Assembly (NCBI GenBank): GCA_977017645.1
Contig: OZ360220.1
Location: 85,188,001 to 85,252,000, forward strand
Direction: 5' to 3'
Length of the DNA stretch: 64,000 nucleotides
From: Torpedo marmorata
Taxonomy: Eukaryota
The position numbers and the translations under genes were made by a program. Shown here piece after piece: positions 34,396 to 46,850 of this stretch. Each line of letters begins with the position of its first letter. The stretch's first letter is position 1. Below the pieces are notes generated by a model that saw only the letters and a program-made list of their open reading frames with translations, ran no database searches and was not told the DNA's origin.

Positions 34396-34741
34396 TTTTC
34401 ATTATCTTATTTTAACCTGAATTAATTTCTGAAGCAGTTGAGAACAAGTCATCTTTCTTCCTTCCACAAATAGAAAATTGTATGGCAAGGAAATCATTAA
34501 AGAAATATGGAAGAGAAGGATTTATCTCTATGCAAGAAAAATATTATGATGACGTAATATTTTCAAATAATTCAATAATTCTGAACCTGATTTGCCTTTT
34601 AATTCAAGTGAATACTCGTCTAACAGTAAATCCAAGAAATCCATTTCATTTTGGGACTCAGTGTGGCTGTAAGAACTATAGACACAATTGAACAGGGTTC
34701 TTCCACATGATCATCTTCTCCCTGGCAGTTTTCAAATCTAA

Positions 34742-35170
34742 AAACAATGCTGGAGAAACTCAGCAGGTCAAACAGCGTACTTTATATAGAAAAATATAAA
34801 GATACATAACCAACGTTTCGGGCCTGAGCTCTTCATCAAGATATGAGCAAAATGTAGTAGGCGGGCGCCTGAATAAAATTGTGGGGGGAGGGGCAGGGGG
34901 AGGAGCACAGACCCACAGGCAAGAGGTAATAGGTGGATGAGGGAGGACACGAGAAAACAGGGGGAGAGGGGATAGCTCTGTGAATGGAGAGCGAAGGGGT
35001 TGGAGAGCTGGAGGAATGGAGACAGAAGGGTAGGGAAGAGAGGGAGAATGGGGAGTGGTCTTGCAGAAACCAGAGAAGTCGATGTTATTGCCATCTGGTT
35101 GGAGAGTGCCCAGATGGAATATTAAGTGTTGCTCTCTAATTTACGGGAGGCCCTGGTTTGGCAGTGCACT
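34742..35170 (-). mobile_element. Penelope-like element 3' end with pLTR/hammerhead motif
   Basis: - strand GTLQPDGNNIDFSGF; TTGATGAAGAGCTCAGGCCCGAAACGTT at 34812-34839. Confidence 0.82.
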
Positions 35171-36059
35171 ATATATTACATGTTTTTTTTTATTAATGTA
35201 GGATTGATGCACATTAATTTTCTCTTTGAATATCTAAGATGATGAAAAAACTAATAATAAATATGTTGCTGCTTTCATTGGATGGATTTTTAAACCTTTT
35301 GTATTTTGATTTGGGATGGATTGAAGACAAGTGAAGCTTTTACTTTCAAACATAACTTCCTAAATGTATTACAAATCCCCTTGAAAAGCCTGTTTAGTAA
35401 AATATTCAGACATTTGCTTCATCTTGTTAACATGACCAATGTATTAGATGCTCCTCTAAAGTAGTTTATGTTTAGATGAAACTTGCCAAGTGGTACATAG
35501 TAAATCTTTGTTTGAATGTTCCAAAGAGGGAGAATTTGCTTTTCAAGTCAATTTAAATCGTATGGGAATTGTGTTTCAGCAGTAACAACAAAGTTTTGCT
35601 GAGCAATTTTCCAGATTGTTACAGGATAGCTGATATTCGAAAAAAGCAGTAAGCAGCAAAATCTGTGTATCATGTAAATCTATAATGCCAATAAATTGGA
35701 ATACTAGCTTTTCACAGGATTATTGCGCAAGATCTCAAATATTGTGAGATCAGTCCATGGAAATTAGGTTCCAGATATTGTTCAATTTCATTCATGCATG
35801 AAAGTACTAGCTGAGGGAGATGCATGGGAATCTCCTACTCCACACCAGGGGGATTATTAAAGAAAAGTGCAAGAAAAGAATGGCTCATTTACCGTAGTCC
35901 TGGGTATTTTAAATGCTATGCAATTTAATTTGGATGCTTTTCAGTTCAAATTCCAAAAATGTCATTGCAAAGAATTTGCGTTGTTCACAAAGTTCAAACT
36001 GGCTCTTCTGATTCTGGTATACATCAATGTACTTTGAGGCTCCAAAGATATGGAGTTTC

Positions 36060-36345
36060 TGGAGACATACAGTGTAGAAACCAGACCTTCAGCCTACCGA
36101 GTCATGCAGACCATCAAACACGAATCCTACATTAATCCCTTTTTTATTCTCTCCATATTCTCTTCTACTCCCTCCAGATTCTAACAATCACCTACACAAT
36201 GGCCAATTAACCTACCAACCCACATGTCTTTGGGAATAGCCCACACATTCACAGGGAGAACATGGGAACTCCATACAGACCCAAGGCATTGATTGAACCT
36301 GGATCTCTGGTTCTGTGAGGCAACATCTCTAGTTGCTGTGCCATT
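36060..36345 (-). mobile_element. Diverged HE1-like SINE
   Basis: CACAGGGAGAACATGGGAACTCCATACAGAC..TTGAACCTGGATCTCTGG..GTGCCA on + is the reverse of the tRNA head and V-domain. Confidence 0.75.
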
Positions 36346-38814
36346 GTGTAATCCTATGTCTAAGTGAAAAGGGAATCATGCCCTCAATTCTTATTCCCTG
36401 AGAGGATTCAGGGTACAATTCTCCTACCTCCAGCTCAATGAAGAGCAATATCTCCGAAGGATAAGATCACAGTGGTGAAAGAGTTCTATGACCTGTGGAT
36501 GGAGCTACATTATACAGTGATGTGTGGACAGCTCTGCTTGTAGAAGTCAAGCTGACCCTCACCCTGAACCTCCGAGCCCCTAGGTCATTCATGATGCAAT
36601 GAATAACCCATGCTATTATTCCCTGTTTGCTTTGAGCTGTAGCATTAGAGGGGCCACTGACGCACATGACTAAAAGTTTGCACAAACACTGAAGCATTGT
36701 TATCTTGACCTATTCACACTTCTGGGCACCATTCACTCTGCAAGGCTGTCATTTTTCCAGCATCACACATGCATCTGATGATGCCATCAATATGTGTCAT
36801 TCTCATCCTCACTTTATCAGTTTGGAGCGATAATGTGCAACCTACAGCCTCCACAATCAAATTAGAGAAAATCACACAGCAAATTCCCAAGCAAATTTGA
36901 ACTAAACTCTCATGAATGTGATAAATGATGTTTTGCTCTCTGCAATCTTTTTTATTGGTCCAAACATTGTTTTTATCATTGCTGAGACTGATGTTAATCA
37001 ATGAATATAATTTTGCAATCCTGCTATGATCTCTGTAGGCATGTATACGTATACCGCAATGGCGTATGGTCACGTGTTATGAGTTCGACGAGTCCTGCCA
37101 ATTGTGAGAGAGAAAGTGGTTCATGATCACAGACATGCAAGACGTGTTCTCTCTTTCCCCAGCTCCTCCCTTACACTTTCCCCTCTCCATCTTCACTTCC
37201 ATGAAAGCTTTGTGCTGTTTAATTTGGATGCCATGGAAAGGGCACTGACAAAGTGCCACTGTAGGTGGTATGGCTGGAGCACTGCTATAGTAACCTAAGT
37301 TTGATCCTGGCTCTGTATGTGGGTGGCTGGTAAGAGATTGAGGGTCTGTATGAGTAAATAGATTGCAGAGATATAAGAAGGGTAATGGAGTTGATGAGAT
37401 TGCTTTGGCAGCTGGCATTGACAAAATGGGCCAAAAGGTTTGTTTTGACATTGTAAGGAAATCTGAAATCTGACCTGCTTCTCAATGGTCAATTCAGTAA
37501 TGCAGGCTCTGTGTATTGCATTTCAAGGAACAATCCCAACTATTGTTAAAAGGTAAATCTCACCAATTTAACAATTTTAATGCAATCTTCTGAATGGATA
37601 TAGGGGCTAAATGCAACCGTTTGTGCCGAAAAGTGAGAGAAATCCAATTTCTAATCATCTCAACATCTTTTTCTCAAGTGGAGACCATTCACTTTTCTTC
37701 AGAGTTCGGAGCTCTCCATAAATCACAAGGGTTATTTTTCCCTGAACATACGACCTGCAGTCAATAATGAGAAGAAATGCTTGCTACTTGTGTGTAGTGA
37801 TTCCCTCCCACTAATCCCAACCTCCTATGCCACAACTGAGCTGATGGAAGGTTGCTGGCTTTTACTGGGGAGACTGCTGATGACCATGATGCATATTTAT
37901 CTTGCCTGTGAAAGGAGGTTGTGTAACTGAAGCACCTTCGGCTGAGGGGCTACATTCTTGGGTAGCTGATTATGGAGACAAATGCGTAAGCCTGCAGATG
38001 CTGTGATTGCAGTGAAAACCCAAAATTGCTGGAAGAACTCAACAGGTCTCACAGTGTCCATAGGAGGTAAAGATATCTAACCAACATTTATATATCCTGA
38101 GCCCTTCTTCAAGGTATAAGTAAAAAGCTAGCAGGTGCCTGAATTAAAAGGCTTTGGGAGAAGGAAACAAACGGCAGGAGGAGGAGTACAGACCAACAGA
38201 CAAAAGGTGTTAATTGGATATGGATAGGAGGATAGAAGAGAGGAAAGTGAGCATTGATTGGAGGAAGGGTGGTTGGCTCTGTGAATTCAGAAGAGCTGGG
38301 GGAAAGGAGATAGATGGAAAAGGGAAGAGAGAGAGAGACAGAGCTAGAGGAAAGGAGACATAGGGATAAATGGGCAGGGGGGGCTAATTGAAACCAGAGA
38401 AGTCAATGTTAATGCCAAATGGTTTGAGAGTTCCCAGACGGAATATGAGGTATTGTTTCTCAAATTTGTGGGTGGTCTCAGTCTGGCAGTGCATGACCCT
38501 GGACAGACATATCAGAAAGGGAATGGGGTGGGGAATTAAAATGGGTGGCCATTGGGAGATCCCTGCTATTGCGGCAGACAGAGCTGACGTGCTAAATGAA
38601 GCGATCTCCCAGTCGGCGCCCAGTCTCTCCGATGTAGAGGAGACCTCAACAGGAGCACTAGATCCAGTAGATGTTCCCTGCAGATTCACAAGTGAAGTGT
38701 TGCTTCACTTGGAAGGACTGTTTGGGGCCCTGAATGGTAGTGAGGGAGGAGATGTGGGCACAAGTGCAGCACCTCCTGCAGTCAAAGGGGTAGGTGCCAA
38801 GGGGGCGATTGTTA

Positions 38815-38930
38815 GGAATTTTAATATTTTTTTTAGACATATAGCACAGTAACAGGCCATTTCGGCCCACGAGTTTGTGCCGCCCAATTTACACCAAATT
38901 AACCTACACCCCCGGTACGTTTCGAACCGT
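38815..38930 (-). mobile_element. HE1-like SINE tail, 5'-truncated, inside Penelope
   Basis: TAGACATATAGCACAGTAACAGGCCATTTCGGCCCACGAG family tail. Confidence 0.85.
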
Positions 38931-39280
38931 AACCATAACTGGAAGGGAGGAGTGGATGAAGGAGTCACCGAGGGAGTGGTCCTTTCGGAAGGTGGAGAGG
39001 GCAGGAGAACGGAAGATGTGTTTTGTGGTGCGATCACACAGTAGGCGGCGGAAATGGAGGAGGATGATATGTTGGATGTGGACACTGGTGGGGTGGTAGG
39101 TGAGGACAAGGGGAATCCTGTCCTTCTTGTGCGTGGGGGCTTAGGGAGCAGGGCAGATGTTTGGGTAATGGAGGATATGCGGGTGAGGGCCAAGTTGATG
39201 GCGGTAAAGGGGAAGCCAAATTTTTTGAAGATGGGGACATCTCAGATAATCTGGCATGGAAAACCTCGTCCTGGGAGGAG

Positions 39281-39527
39281 ATTTTTTAATTTATTTATTT
39301 ATTTTTAAAATTTAGACAAACAGTCCCTTCCAGCCCACGAGCCCATGCTGCCCAATTACACCCAATTGACCTACACCCCCCGGTCCATTTTGAACGGCAG
39401 GAGGAAACTGGAGCATCCGGAGGAAACCCACACAGACATGGGGAGAATGTACAAACTCCTTACAGACAGCGCCGGATTCGAACCGGGTCACTGGCGCTGT
39501 AACAGTGTTGCGCTAACCGTGCCGCCC
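39281..39527 (-). mobile_element. HE1-like V-SINE inside Penelope
   Basis: Full head (GGATTCGAACC, reverse B-box), V-domain and tail. Confidence 0.88.
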
Positions 39528-39654
39528 AGATGCGACGGAGATGGAGGAATTGAGAGAAAGGAATGGAATCCTTACAGGAACAAGATGTGAAAATGTGTAG
39601 TCGAGGTAGCTGTGGGAGTTGGTGGGTTTGTTTATGGAGATCATAATTATGATT

Positions 39655-39927
39655 ATGATTTTTAATTTTATTTTTAAATTTTAGACATACAGCCGGGTAA
39701 CAGGCCATTTCAGCCCATGAGTCCGTGCCGCCCAATTTACACCCAATTGGCGTACATCCCCGGTACGTTTCGAATGATGGGATGAAACCGGAGCCCCCGG
39801 GGAAAACCCACGCCGACACGGGGAGAACGTACAAACTCCTTACAGGCAGCGCGAGATTCAAACCCCAGTCCTGATCGCTGGCGCTGTAAAGGCGTTGCGC
39901 TAACCGCTACGCCAACTGTGCCGCCCC
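39655..39927 (-). mobile_element. HE1-like V-SINE, young subfamily
   Basis: Head GGGGCGGCACAGTTGGCGTAGCGGTTAG on - strand, V-domain, tail. Confidence 0.9.
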
Positions 39928-40044
39928 ATGATATGAGAGAACTTGAGTTGGATGCTGACATCCTGAGTAAAACAGATGTTTCAATGCACCATAATTCTAG
40001 GGGAAATCTTCTCTAACTGGGCACACAAAGTATTGTATTTCGAT

Positions 40045-40288
40045 TCAGATGGTATCAGAGAGGATTAGTACCTTCAAGTTCCTGGGAGTCCACATATCGG
40101 AAGACCTCTTTTGGAGCCAGAACATCAAGGCAATTATGAAGATAGCACACCAACGCCTCTACTTTCTAAGAAATATGAGGAGATTCGGCATTTCATTGAA
40201 CACTCTATCAGATATCCACTGGTGTACTCTGGAAAGTATACTGACTGGTTGCATCATGGCTTGGTTTAGTAATTCAGATGCTCCGGAA
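40045..40288 (+). mobile_element. Rex1-clade fragment
   Basis: ERISTFKFLGVHISEDLFWS..AHQRLYFLRNMRRFG. Confidence 0.85.
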
Positions 40289-40332
40289 TGCAGAGTTCAA
40301 TCCGGAAAAGTGTGAAATGATACACTTTAGAT

Positions 40333-40707
40333 CAATGGTTTTCAAACTGCCCCCCTAAACTCACATTCCACCTTAAGCAATCCCTATGCCATAAGTGCTC
40401 TGTGATTAGTAAGGGATTGCTTAAGGTGGTATGTGAGTGGAAAGAAAAAGTTTGAAAACCACTGTTTTAATCGTACCTAATTGACTTGTTATGTGCACGG
40501 TTTCATAACTCCAAAGGAAATGGGCCAATGACAATTTTTCTCAAGCAAAATATTTCAGTAACAATTGGGTCTAGACCAGTGGTTCGCAACCTTCCCTTCC
40601 CACTCACATACCACCTTAAGCAATCCCTTACTAATCACAGAGCACTTAAGGCATAGGGATTGCTTAAGGTGGAATGTGAGTTTAGGGGGGCAGTTTGAAA
40701 ACCACTG
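40333..40707. mobile_element. Composite non-autonomous hAT (Charlie-like) MITE
   Basis: Termini CAATGGTTTTCAAACTGCCCCC / GGGGGCAGTTTGAAAACCACTG; 8-bp TSD CTTTAGAT (40325-40332 and 40708-40715). Confidence 0.92.
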
Positions 40708-41059
40708 CTTTAGATGATCAAACCTGAAGGTGAAGTTCAAGGTTAGTGGTAGAATTTTTAGCAGTGCAGAGGAACAGAGGGATGTTGGGGTCCAAGACAT
40801 TGATCCGTCGAAGTTGCCGCGCAAATTGATAGCGTGATTAAGAAGGCATATGTTGTGTTGGCCTTCATTAGTCGGGGGGTTGAGTACAAGAGCTGCGAAG
40901 TAATGTTGCAGCACTATAAAACTCTGGTTCAACCACACATTGAATATTGTGTTCAGTCTGGTCGCCTTGTTATAGGAACGATATGGAGGCTTTAGAGAAG
41001 GTGGAGATGAGATTTATCAGGATCCTGCCTGGATTAGAGATTATGTTTTATGAGGAAAT

Positions 41060-41347
41060 TTTAATTTAAATTTTATTTAAAAGTTTAATTTTTAAAAATT
41101 TAGACATACAGCACGGTAACAGGCTCTTTCGGCCTACGAGCCCGTGCCGCCCAATTAAACCCAATTAATCTACAACCCCTGGTACATTTTGAATTGTGGG
41201 CGGATACCGGAGCCACAAGGGAAAACCTATGCAGTCACAGGGAGAATGTACAAACTTCTTATAGACAGCGCGGGATTCATACCCCTGTTCCAATAGCTGG
41301 CACTGTAACAGCGTTTCGCTAACCGCTACGCTAACCGCGCCGCCCCA
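41060..41347 (-). mobile_element. HE1-like V-SINE
   Basis: Same family as 39655-39927. Confidence 0.88.
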
Positions 41348-42069
41348 AAGTTTGGGCGAACTAGAGATTTTCTCTTTGGAATGACAGAGGATGAGAGGCA
41401 ACTTAATGGAGGTGCATAACGTTATAAGCGGCATGGATAGAATGCACAGCCAGCACCTTTTTCCCAGGGCGGCAATGGCTAATAGCAGAGGACATCTGTT
41501 TAAAGTGAATGGAGGAAAGTTAAATGATTAAAATCTCTGTTTGGAGCAGTTTGAATCTCCTTCAAGACTAGAAGACTTTTAATGGTTTCTACCCATGCCT
41601 CAATGAAAGTCAAAACCTGCAAATCCCAAGTTCTCAGGTCATAGTGTCATAGAGTCTTGCCATGAGAATGCCCACATTGAGTGGCACTCAGGTCCATATC
41701 ATTTCCACACCAGCATTTTAGGCTCCTTTATGATCTTTGTCATCTCTTGCATATTCAGGCTAGATAATGCATCAAATGCTTCCACTTGCAGCCATTCCAC
41801 ATTTGCTTCCCTATTGTAGGCAAACGCTGCCGCCACCCCCCTGCTCCGACGCTGCCGCCACCCCCCCGCTCTGACACCTCCACTGCCACTGCCCCCCTCC
41901 CCCGCTCCGACGCCGCCGAAAAATCAGTGTGGCCCGCCATTCAACCACTGACTCACCATCTAGCATGTGTCGTGGCGCCTTTTTTATGTGCTCGCTCCCC
42001 CTAACTTTAGAACATGGCTATGCCCCTGAAGTCAAGAGTCCAGGGTACAGTGTTAACGGTTGGTGTAGC

Positions 42070-42330
42070 GGGGTGGCACGGTTGGCGTAGTGGTTAGTGC
42101 AACACGTTTACAGTGCCAGTGATCGGGACCGGACCTGGGTTCGAATCCCGCGCTGTCTGTAAGGAGTTTATACGTTCTCCCCGTGTCTGCGTGGGATTTC
42201 TCCGGGGGCACCGGTTTCCTCCCACCCTTCAAAAACGTACCAGGGGTGTAGGTTAATGGGGTGTAAATTGGGCGGCACGGACTCGTAGGGCCAAATTGGC
42301 CTGTTACCGTGCTGTATGTCTAAATATGTG
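42070..42330 (+). mobile_element. Full-length HE1-like V-SINE (tRNA-derived head, V-domain, CR1-derived tail)
   Basis: A-box TGGCGTAGTGG, B-box GGTTCGAATCC, CCGTGTCTGCGTGGG..CCGGTTTCCTCCCAC, tail GGGCCAAATTGGCCTGTTACCGTGCTGTATGTCT. Confidence 0.92.
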
Positions 42331-42394
42331 TAAAATTCAATCTACAGAGAAAAGTAAAATTAAAACAAAGCAAGGGGCATCATCTTTAACCAAT

Positions 42395-42790
42395 GAGAGG
42401 TCCATTTAAGAGTCTGATAACAGCAGGAAAGAAACTGTCCTTGAATCTGAAAGTTCATGTTTTCAAGCTTGCGTATCTTCTCGCTGAAGAAAGGGGTAGA
42501 TGATAGCGTGACTGCAGAGGGATGCTTCTTTTAATATGTTGACAGTTTTACCAAGATTGCAGGAGGTACAGACAGATGGACGGGAGTTTGGTTTGCATAA
42601 TGGCCTGAGCAACATTCACAACTCTGCATTTTCATGTGGTCTTGGGAAGAGCAGTTCTCATACCAGGCTCTGATGCGTCCAGGCAATATACTTTCTATGG
42701 TGCACTTGCAAAAAGTGGTAAGGGACCTTGGAGACATGCTGAATTTCCTTAGGCTTCTGTGAAAGTAGAGACATTGATGTGCTTTCTTGT
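42395..42790 (-). mobile_element. Rex1-clade 3' fragment
   Basis: MSPRSLTTFCKCTIESILPGRIRAWYENCS; FKDSFFPAVIRLLN. Confidence 0.82.
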
Positions 42791-44095
42791 CGTAGGGTTC
42801 CCTTGGTTGGACAAGTTGTTGGTGATACTGTATTTATTCCTGATTGCAAACACTGTATAGAGTTCATTATGATTAAAGCTGCCTGTCTTATTGAACTACA
42901 CTTTCAACCTGCCAGCAGCTGATACAAAAGGCAAAGATTCTTCATGCGTCTCCTGAATATTTTGCTGGAACTTCTGCACAAACTTCCTCTTGGCAACACG
43001 ACTCTACTGCTGGTTCTTCTAGATAGCGAAAGGGTCAGTGGAAGGAGGAAGGGCAGAATGTGCGAGCTGAGAGATATGAAGCAATAGAGAGGGCAAAAGG
43101 AGGCAGTTACCTGGATGCAATTAATATGATTATCTGTACTTAAATAGTGCCACCTCCCTGATTGCCGATTGCCAATAACCATCACATTGCACTGATAGTT
43201 GACATATCAGAATCAGAATCAGAATTTATTGTCATGAACAAGTCATGAAATTCAAATCAATTGCAAATCAATTGCAAATAACGTGAAAACTTGAAAATAA
43301 TTTCACTACTTCCCTCTGTCACTTGCACAAATCATGTCATTTAAAAATTCCTTCCAATGAGTTTTATTTTAATATTTTTGATGTGTGTATTATTGCTGAC
43401 CATTAACCAGAAGCACCAAATCAACATACAACTGTTATAATTAATGTTCCTTTGCCAAATGCACGAACTATCAATAATTATATTTGCTCAGCAAGCATCC
43501 TGTGTAATGCAATATGTTGTAAATTATAGAGCAAATGCAGAGCCAGCTGGATGACATGAGTCATGGGAAGTCCTGGGAACTTGGCATCTACATTAATACA
43601 ATAATTGGCATCTTGCATCCAGACCATCTGCAAGTGCATGGAATAGAATCGTTTTCTTTAAAGTCTCATTGTGTGCAGGTGGTCGTCAACCACATGCACA
43701 GAAATGGTTGCTCCCAGGATATCAGGAACATCTGTGACTTCAACAAACAGATGCTTGATGTCATTTCCAAATCGAGTTTGAAGTTAAGGGAAATGATTGC
43801 AGAAGTCCTGAGAAATTTTTTCTCGTGTTGCTTACCAGTTGAGAATGGGGACTGATATTTGTCAATATTCAGGGGGAAATTTGTTTCATTGTGGGGTCAG
43901 TGGGTGCCTTCCTACATTAAAGCGTTCCTTTATAATAAAGCTCATTTGTACCTTTCTTGATGCAAGATAGGCTGCAACTAGTCACGTGGACACTGTGCAA
44001 ACATTGCCCGGTTGTAGTGTAGCTTTTCAATCAGTTCCCTGAAATTGTTGTAAGACTCCAATTTGTATATTTTATATACAAAAGAGATAAACCAA

Positions 44096-44535
44096 AATGT
44101 TGCCTGGATTGGAAAATATGTCCTATGAGGCAAGGTTAGCAGAGCTAGGGCTTTTCTCTTTGGAGCAAAGAAGGATGAGAGGTGACTTAATAGAGGTCTA
44201 CAAGATTCTGAGAGGAATAGATAAGGTAGACAGCCAGCACCTTTTTCCCAGGGCTGGAGTAGCAAACACCAGAGAACACCTGTACAAAGTGAAGGGAGGA
44301 AAGTTCAGGGGAGACATCAGGGGTAAGATTTTTACACAGAGAGTTGTGGGTGCTTGGAATGCCTTGTCAGGGGTGGTGGTGGAGGCTGGAAAAAACAGGC
44401 ATTTAAGAGACTCTTAGACAGGGACATGGATGAAAGAAAAATAACAGGCTATGAGGTAGGGAGGGTTTCGTTTTTATTTTTAGGCACAACATCATGGACC
44501 GAAGGGCTTGTACTGTGCTGTAATGTTCTATCTTC
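44096..44535 (+). mobile_element. CR1 LINE 3' end
   Basis: MLPGLENMSYEARLAELGLFSLEQRRMRGDLIEV..FTQRVVGAWNAL; tail GGACCGAAGGGCTTGTACTGTGCTGTAATGTTCTA. Confidence 0.9.
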
Positions 44536-44704
44536 TAAAAGTTCAAGGACAAGCAATAACATTTGGACCAAAGTGTGTTCCTGATTTGTTAACTAAATTG
44601 TACAAACATCACAAATGGATTTTGCCATTTTTTAAATTTGAATGGTAATAAATCGAAGTCCCCATCTGCTCTATTGAGCACTGAAGGTAATCCTATGATG
44701 TTAC

Positions 44705-45920
44705 TTTGAGTCAGCATACAGGAGGGAGATTAAAAACTTGGCTGAATGGTGCATCAACAACAACCTTACACTCAATGTCACCAAAACTTAGGAGCTGATT
44801 GTTGATTTCAGGAAGGGAAAGCCAGAGGTATACAATCCAGTGATCATTGGGGGATCAGAGGTGGAGAGGGTGAGCAAATTTACGTTTTTGGGTGTCACTA
44901 TCTCGGAGGATCTTTCCTGGACCCAACACACTAATGGCATCGTGAATAAAGCATGTCAGCGCCTCTACTTCCTCAGGAGTTTGTGGAGGTCAGAATCAGA
45001 ATCAGAATTTATTGTCATGAACAAGTCATGAAATTCGGTGTTTTGCAGCAGCATCATAGTGCAATTAACATTCATATTAACCATCTAACGACATTACTAT
45101 ACAAAATTATAAACAATAGTGCACGATAAGTAAGGTAGTGTCTTTGGTTCATTGATTATTCAGGAATCTGATGGCAGCGGGGAAGAAGCTGTCCTTGTGC
45201 CATTGAGTGCTCGTCTTTAGGCTCCTGTACCTTTTCCCCGATGGAAGCAGAGTGAAGAGGGCATGGCCTGGGTGGTTGGGGGTCCTTGAGGATAGAGGCT
45301 GCTTTTTTAAGGTTTTTTAAGGTTTGGTATGACACCAGAAACCCCGACAGATGTGTGGTGGAAAGTGTGCTGACCGGCTGCATCTCGATCTGGTATGGGG
45401 TCACCAATACCCCTGAGTGTAAAGCCCTCCAAAAGGTAGTGGACACAGCCCAGGAAATCAAAGGCAAAATCCTCTCCACTATCAAGAACATCTACAGGGA
45501 ACGCTGCCGTCGGAGAGCAGCAGCAATCATCAAGGATCCACACCACCCAGCACACACTCTGTTCTCACTGCTGCCATCAGGAAAGAGGTATAGGTTCCAC
45601 AAGACTTGCACCACCAGGTTCAGGAACAGCTGCTACCCCTCCACCATCAGACTCCTCATCAACAAACTCAATTAGGGACTCATTTAAGGACTCTTACTTG
45701 TGCACTTTATTGATTTTTTTATTCTCTCTGTATTGCACAGTCAGTTTGTTTACATTCGTTATCTGTTTACAGTTCTTTATTTGTTTACATGTATACGCTG
45801 TATACAATTTTTCTTTTGCACTACTAATAAGTGGTAATTCTGCCTCGCCCACAGAAAAATAATCTCAGGGTTGTATGTGATGTCATGTACGTACTCTGAC
45901 AATAAATCTGAAATCTGAAT
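44705..45920 (+). mobile_element. Rex1-clade LINE 3' part with an antisense Rex1 3' end nested at ~44990-45310
   Basis: ESAYRRE..WCINNNLTLNV..KFTFLGVTISEDLSW, later VVESVLTGCISIWYG..RFRNSCYPSTIRLL; the inner copy has a (TCAGAA)n tail on + and LKKAASILKDP on -. Confidence 0.88.
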
Positions 45921-45954
45921 ATGAAAGGGTAGCTATGGAACTCAAAAGCTGAAT

Positions 45955-46255
45955 ATACTGAAAATCTGAAATAAAATCAGGAAATATGCAAGCACTCTCT
46001 GGAAGGAGAAACAGAGTTAATTTTTTAGATCAAAGACTCTCTGTTCTTGCCCATAATTATCACTCAATCAACATCACAAAATCAGATTATGTGGCCATTA
46101 TTTGTCGGACCTTTGTGAATATGGGCTAAACAATTTAAGCAAAAAACAATTCAGATGAAAAGTCATTGACCTGAAACATTAATTCAGTTTAATTTTCCAA
46201 ACATGTTGTCTGATCTGCTGAGTATTTCCTGATTTTATTTCAGAGTTCCAATGTT
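45955..46255. mobile_element. Old Penelope-type pLTR fold-back remnant
   Basis: CTGAAATAAAATCAGGAAATA (45965) and TATTTCCTGATTTTATTTCAG (46224) are inverted; hammerhead-like CAGATGA..GAAAC at 46152-46177. Confidence 0.6.
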
Positions 46256-46526
46256 TTTTGGACAGCTCTTCATATCTGCTTGGCTGCAGTGCTTTCTTTC
46301 CTATTTGAGCTAGGGACCGAGGAAGAGAGAAGAATTAGGGCAGGGAGGTGCAGTTCTCGCTAGTGACCAAAGAAGGCGGTGTTTTATTTTGTCGGTGCTT
46401 ACTTGTGCCTCAGATGGATGGTGGATGGCTGTTTGACTAGGCCTCTGTAGACAAGAGAAGCAGAGCTAATGCAGAGCTAGGTACATACCAGTGTACATGA
46501 AGACACTTTATATAATGCGAAGTAGA

Positions 46527-46850
46527 GATTCAAGATTCCTTTTATTGTCATGTAATAGAACATGTAATATTTCACAAAATTTCCTTTTGCTTGCCATAAG
46601 GCAAAGAGTCGCCATTAGTGTTGCCCGGCGCCCCTTACGGTAAGAGAAAGAGAAGCAAAAGACCCTTCAGAGATGCTGAGCATCCATGGATTTTTCTCCA
46701 GCGCTCCCGCAGCCTCTGCAGTCGCGCAGACCTCTGTTCCCTTCTGAGCCCTTCTTGCCCTCAGCACACTCTTGAATCCCTGTTCCGATACCTGGTTTCC
46801 ATGAGCCAGTCTCCAGCAGCCCTCAGCCTGTGTGAGTCCTTCAAAAGAAA
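46527..46850 (-). mobile_element. Second copy of the unassigned (TTGAATC)n-tailed retroelement
   Basis: GATTCAAGATTC..TTTATTGTCAT start and shared motifs with 4830-5525. Confidence 0.6.

Larger units (their letters stand above)
37980..39645 (-). mobile_element. Penelope-like element (RT C-terminus, linker, GIY-YIG endonuclease, pLTR), interrupted by SINEs
   Basis: YKPTNSHSYLDY-like motif, CKDSIPFSQFLHLRRI, RIPLVLTYHP, FQVKQHFTCES, YIGETGRRLGDRF, EKQYLIFRLGTLKPFGINIDF. Confidence 0.88.
40288..41522 (+). mobile_element. CR1 LINE fragment carrying a hAT MITE (40333-40707) and a SINE (41060-41347)
   Basis: FNPEKCEMIHF, EEQRDVGV, HYKTLVQPHIEYCVQ, RMRGNLMEV motifs. Confidence 0.85.

Noticed and set aside
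36769-36900. Short signal-peptide-like ORF (MHLMMPSICVILILTLSVWS..)
   Set aside because: Only ~43 codons with no splice or homology support; expected by chance.
38926-38940. AACCGTAACCATAAC at a SINE 5' junction as a second telomeric addition
   Set aside because: Only ~2.5 imperfect units and in the opposite orientation relative to the element; too short to support.
42070-42150. tRNA gene (A and B boxes)
   Set aside because: It is the head of a multi-copy SINE and continues into the V-domain; no proper cloverleaf or terminator.
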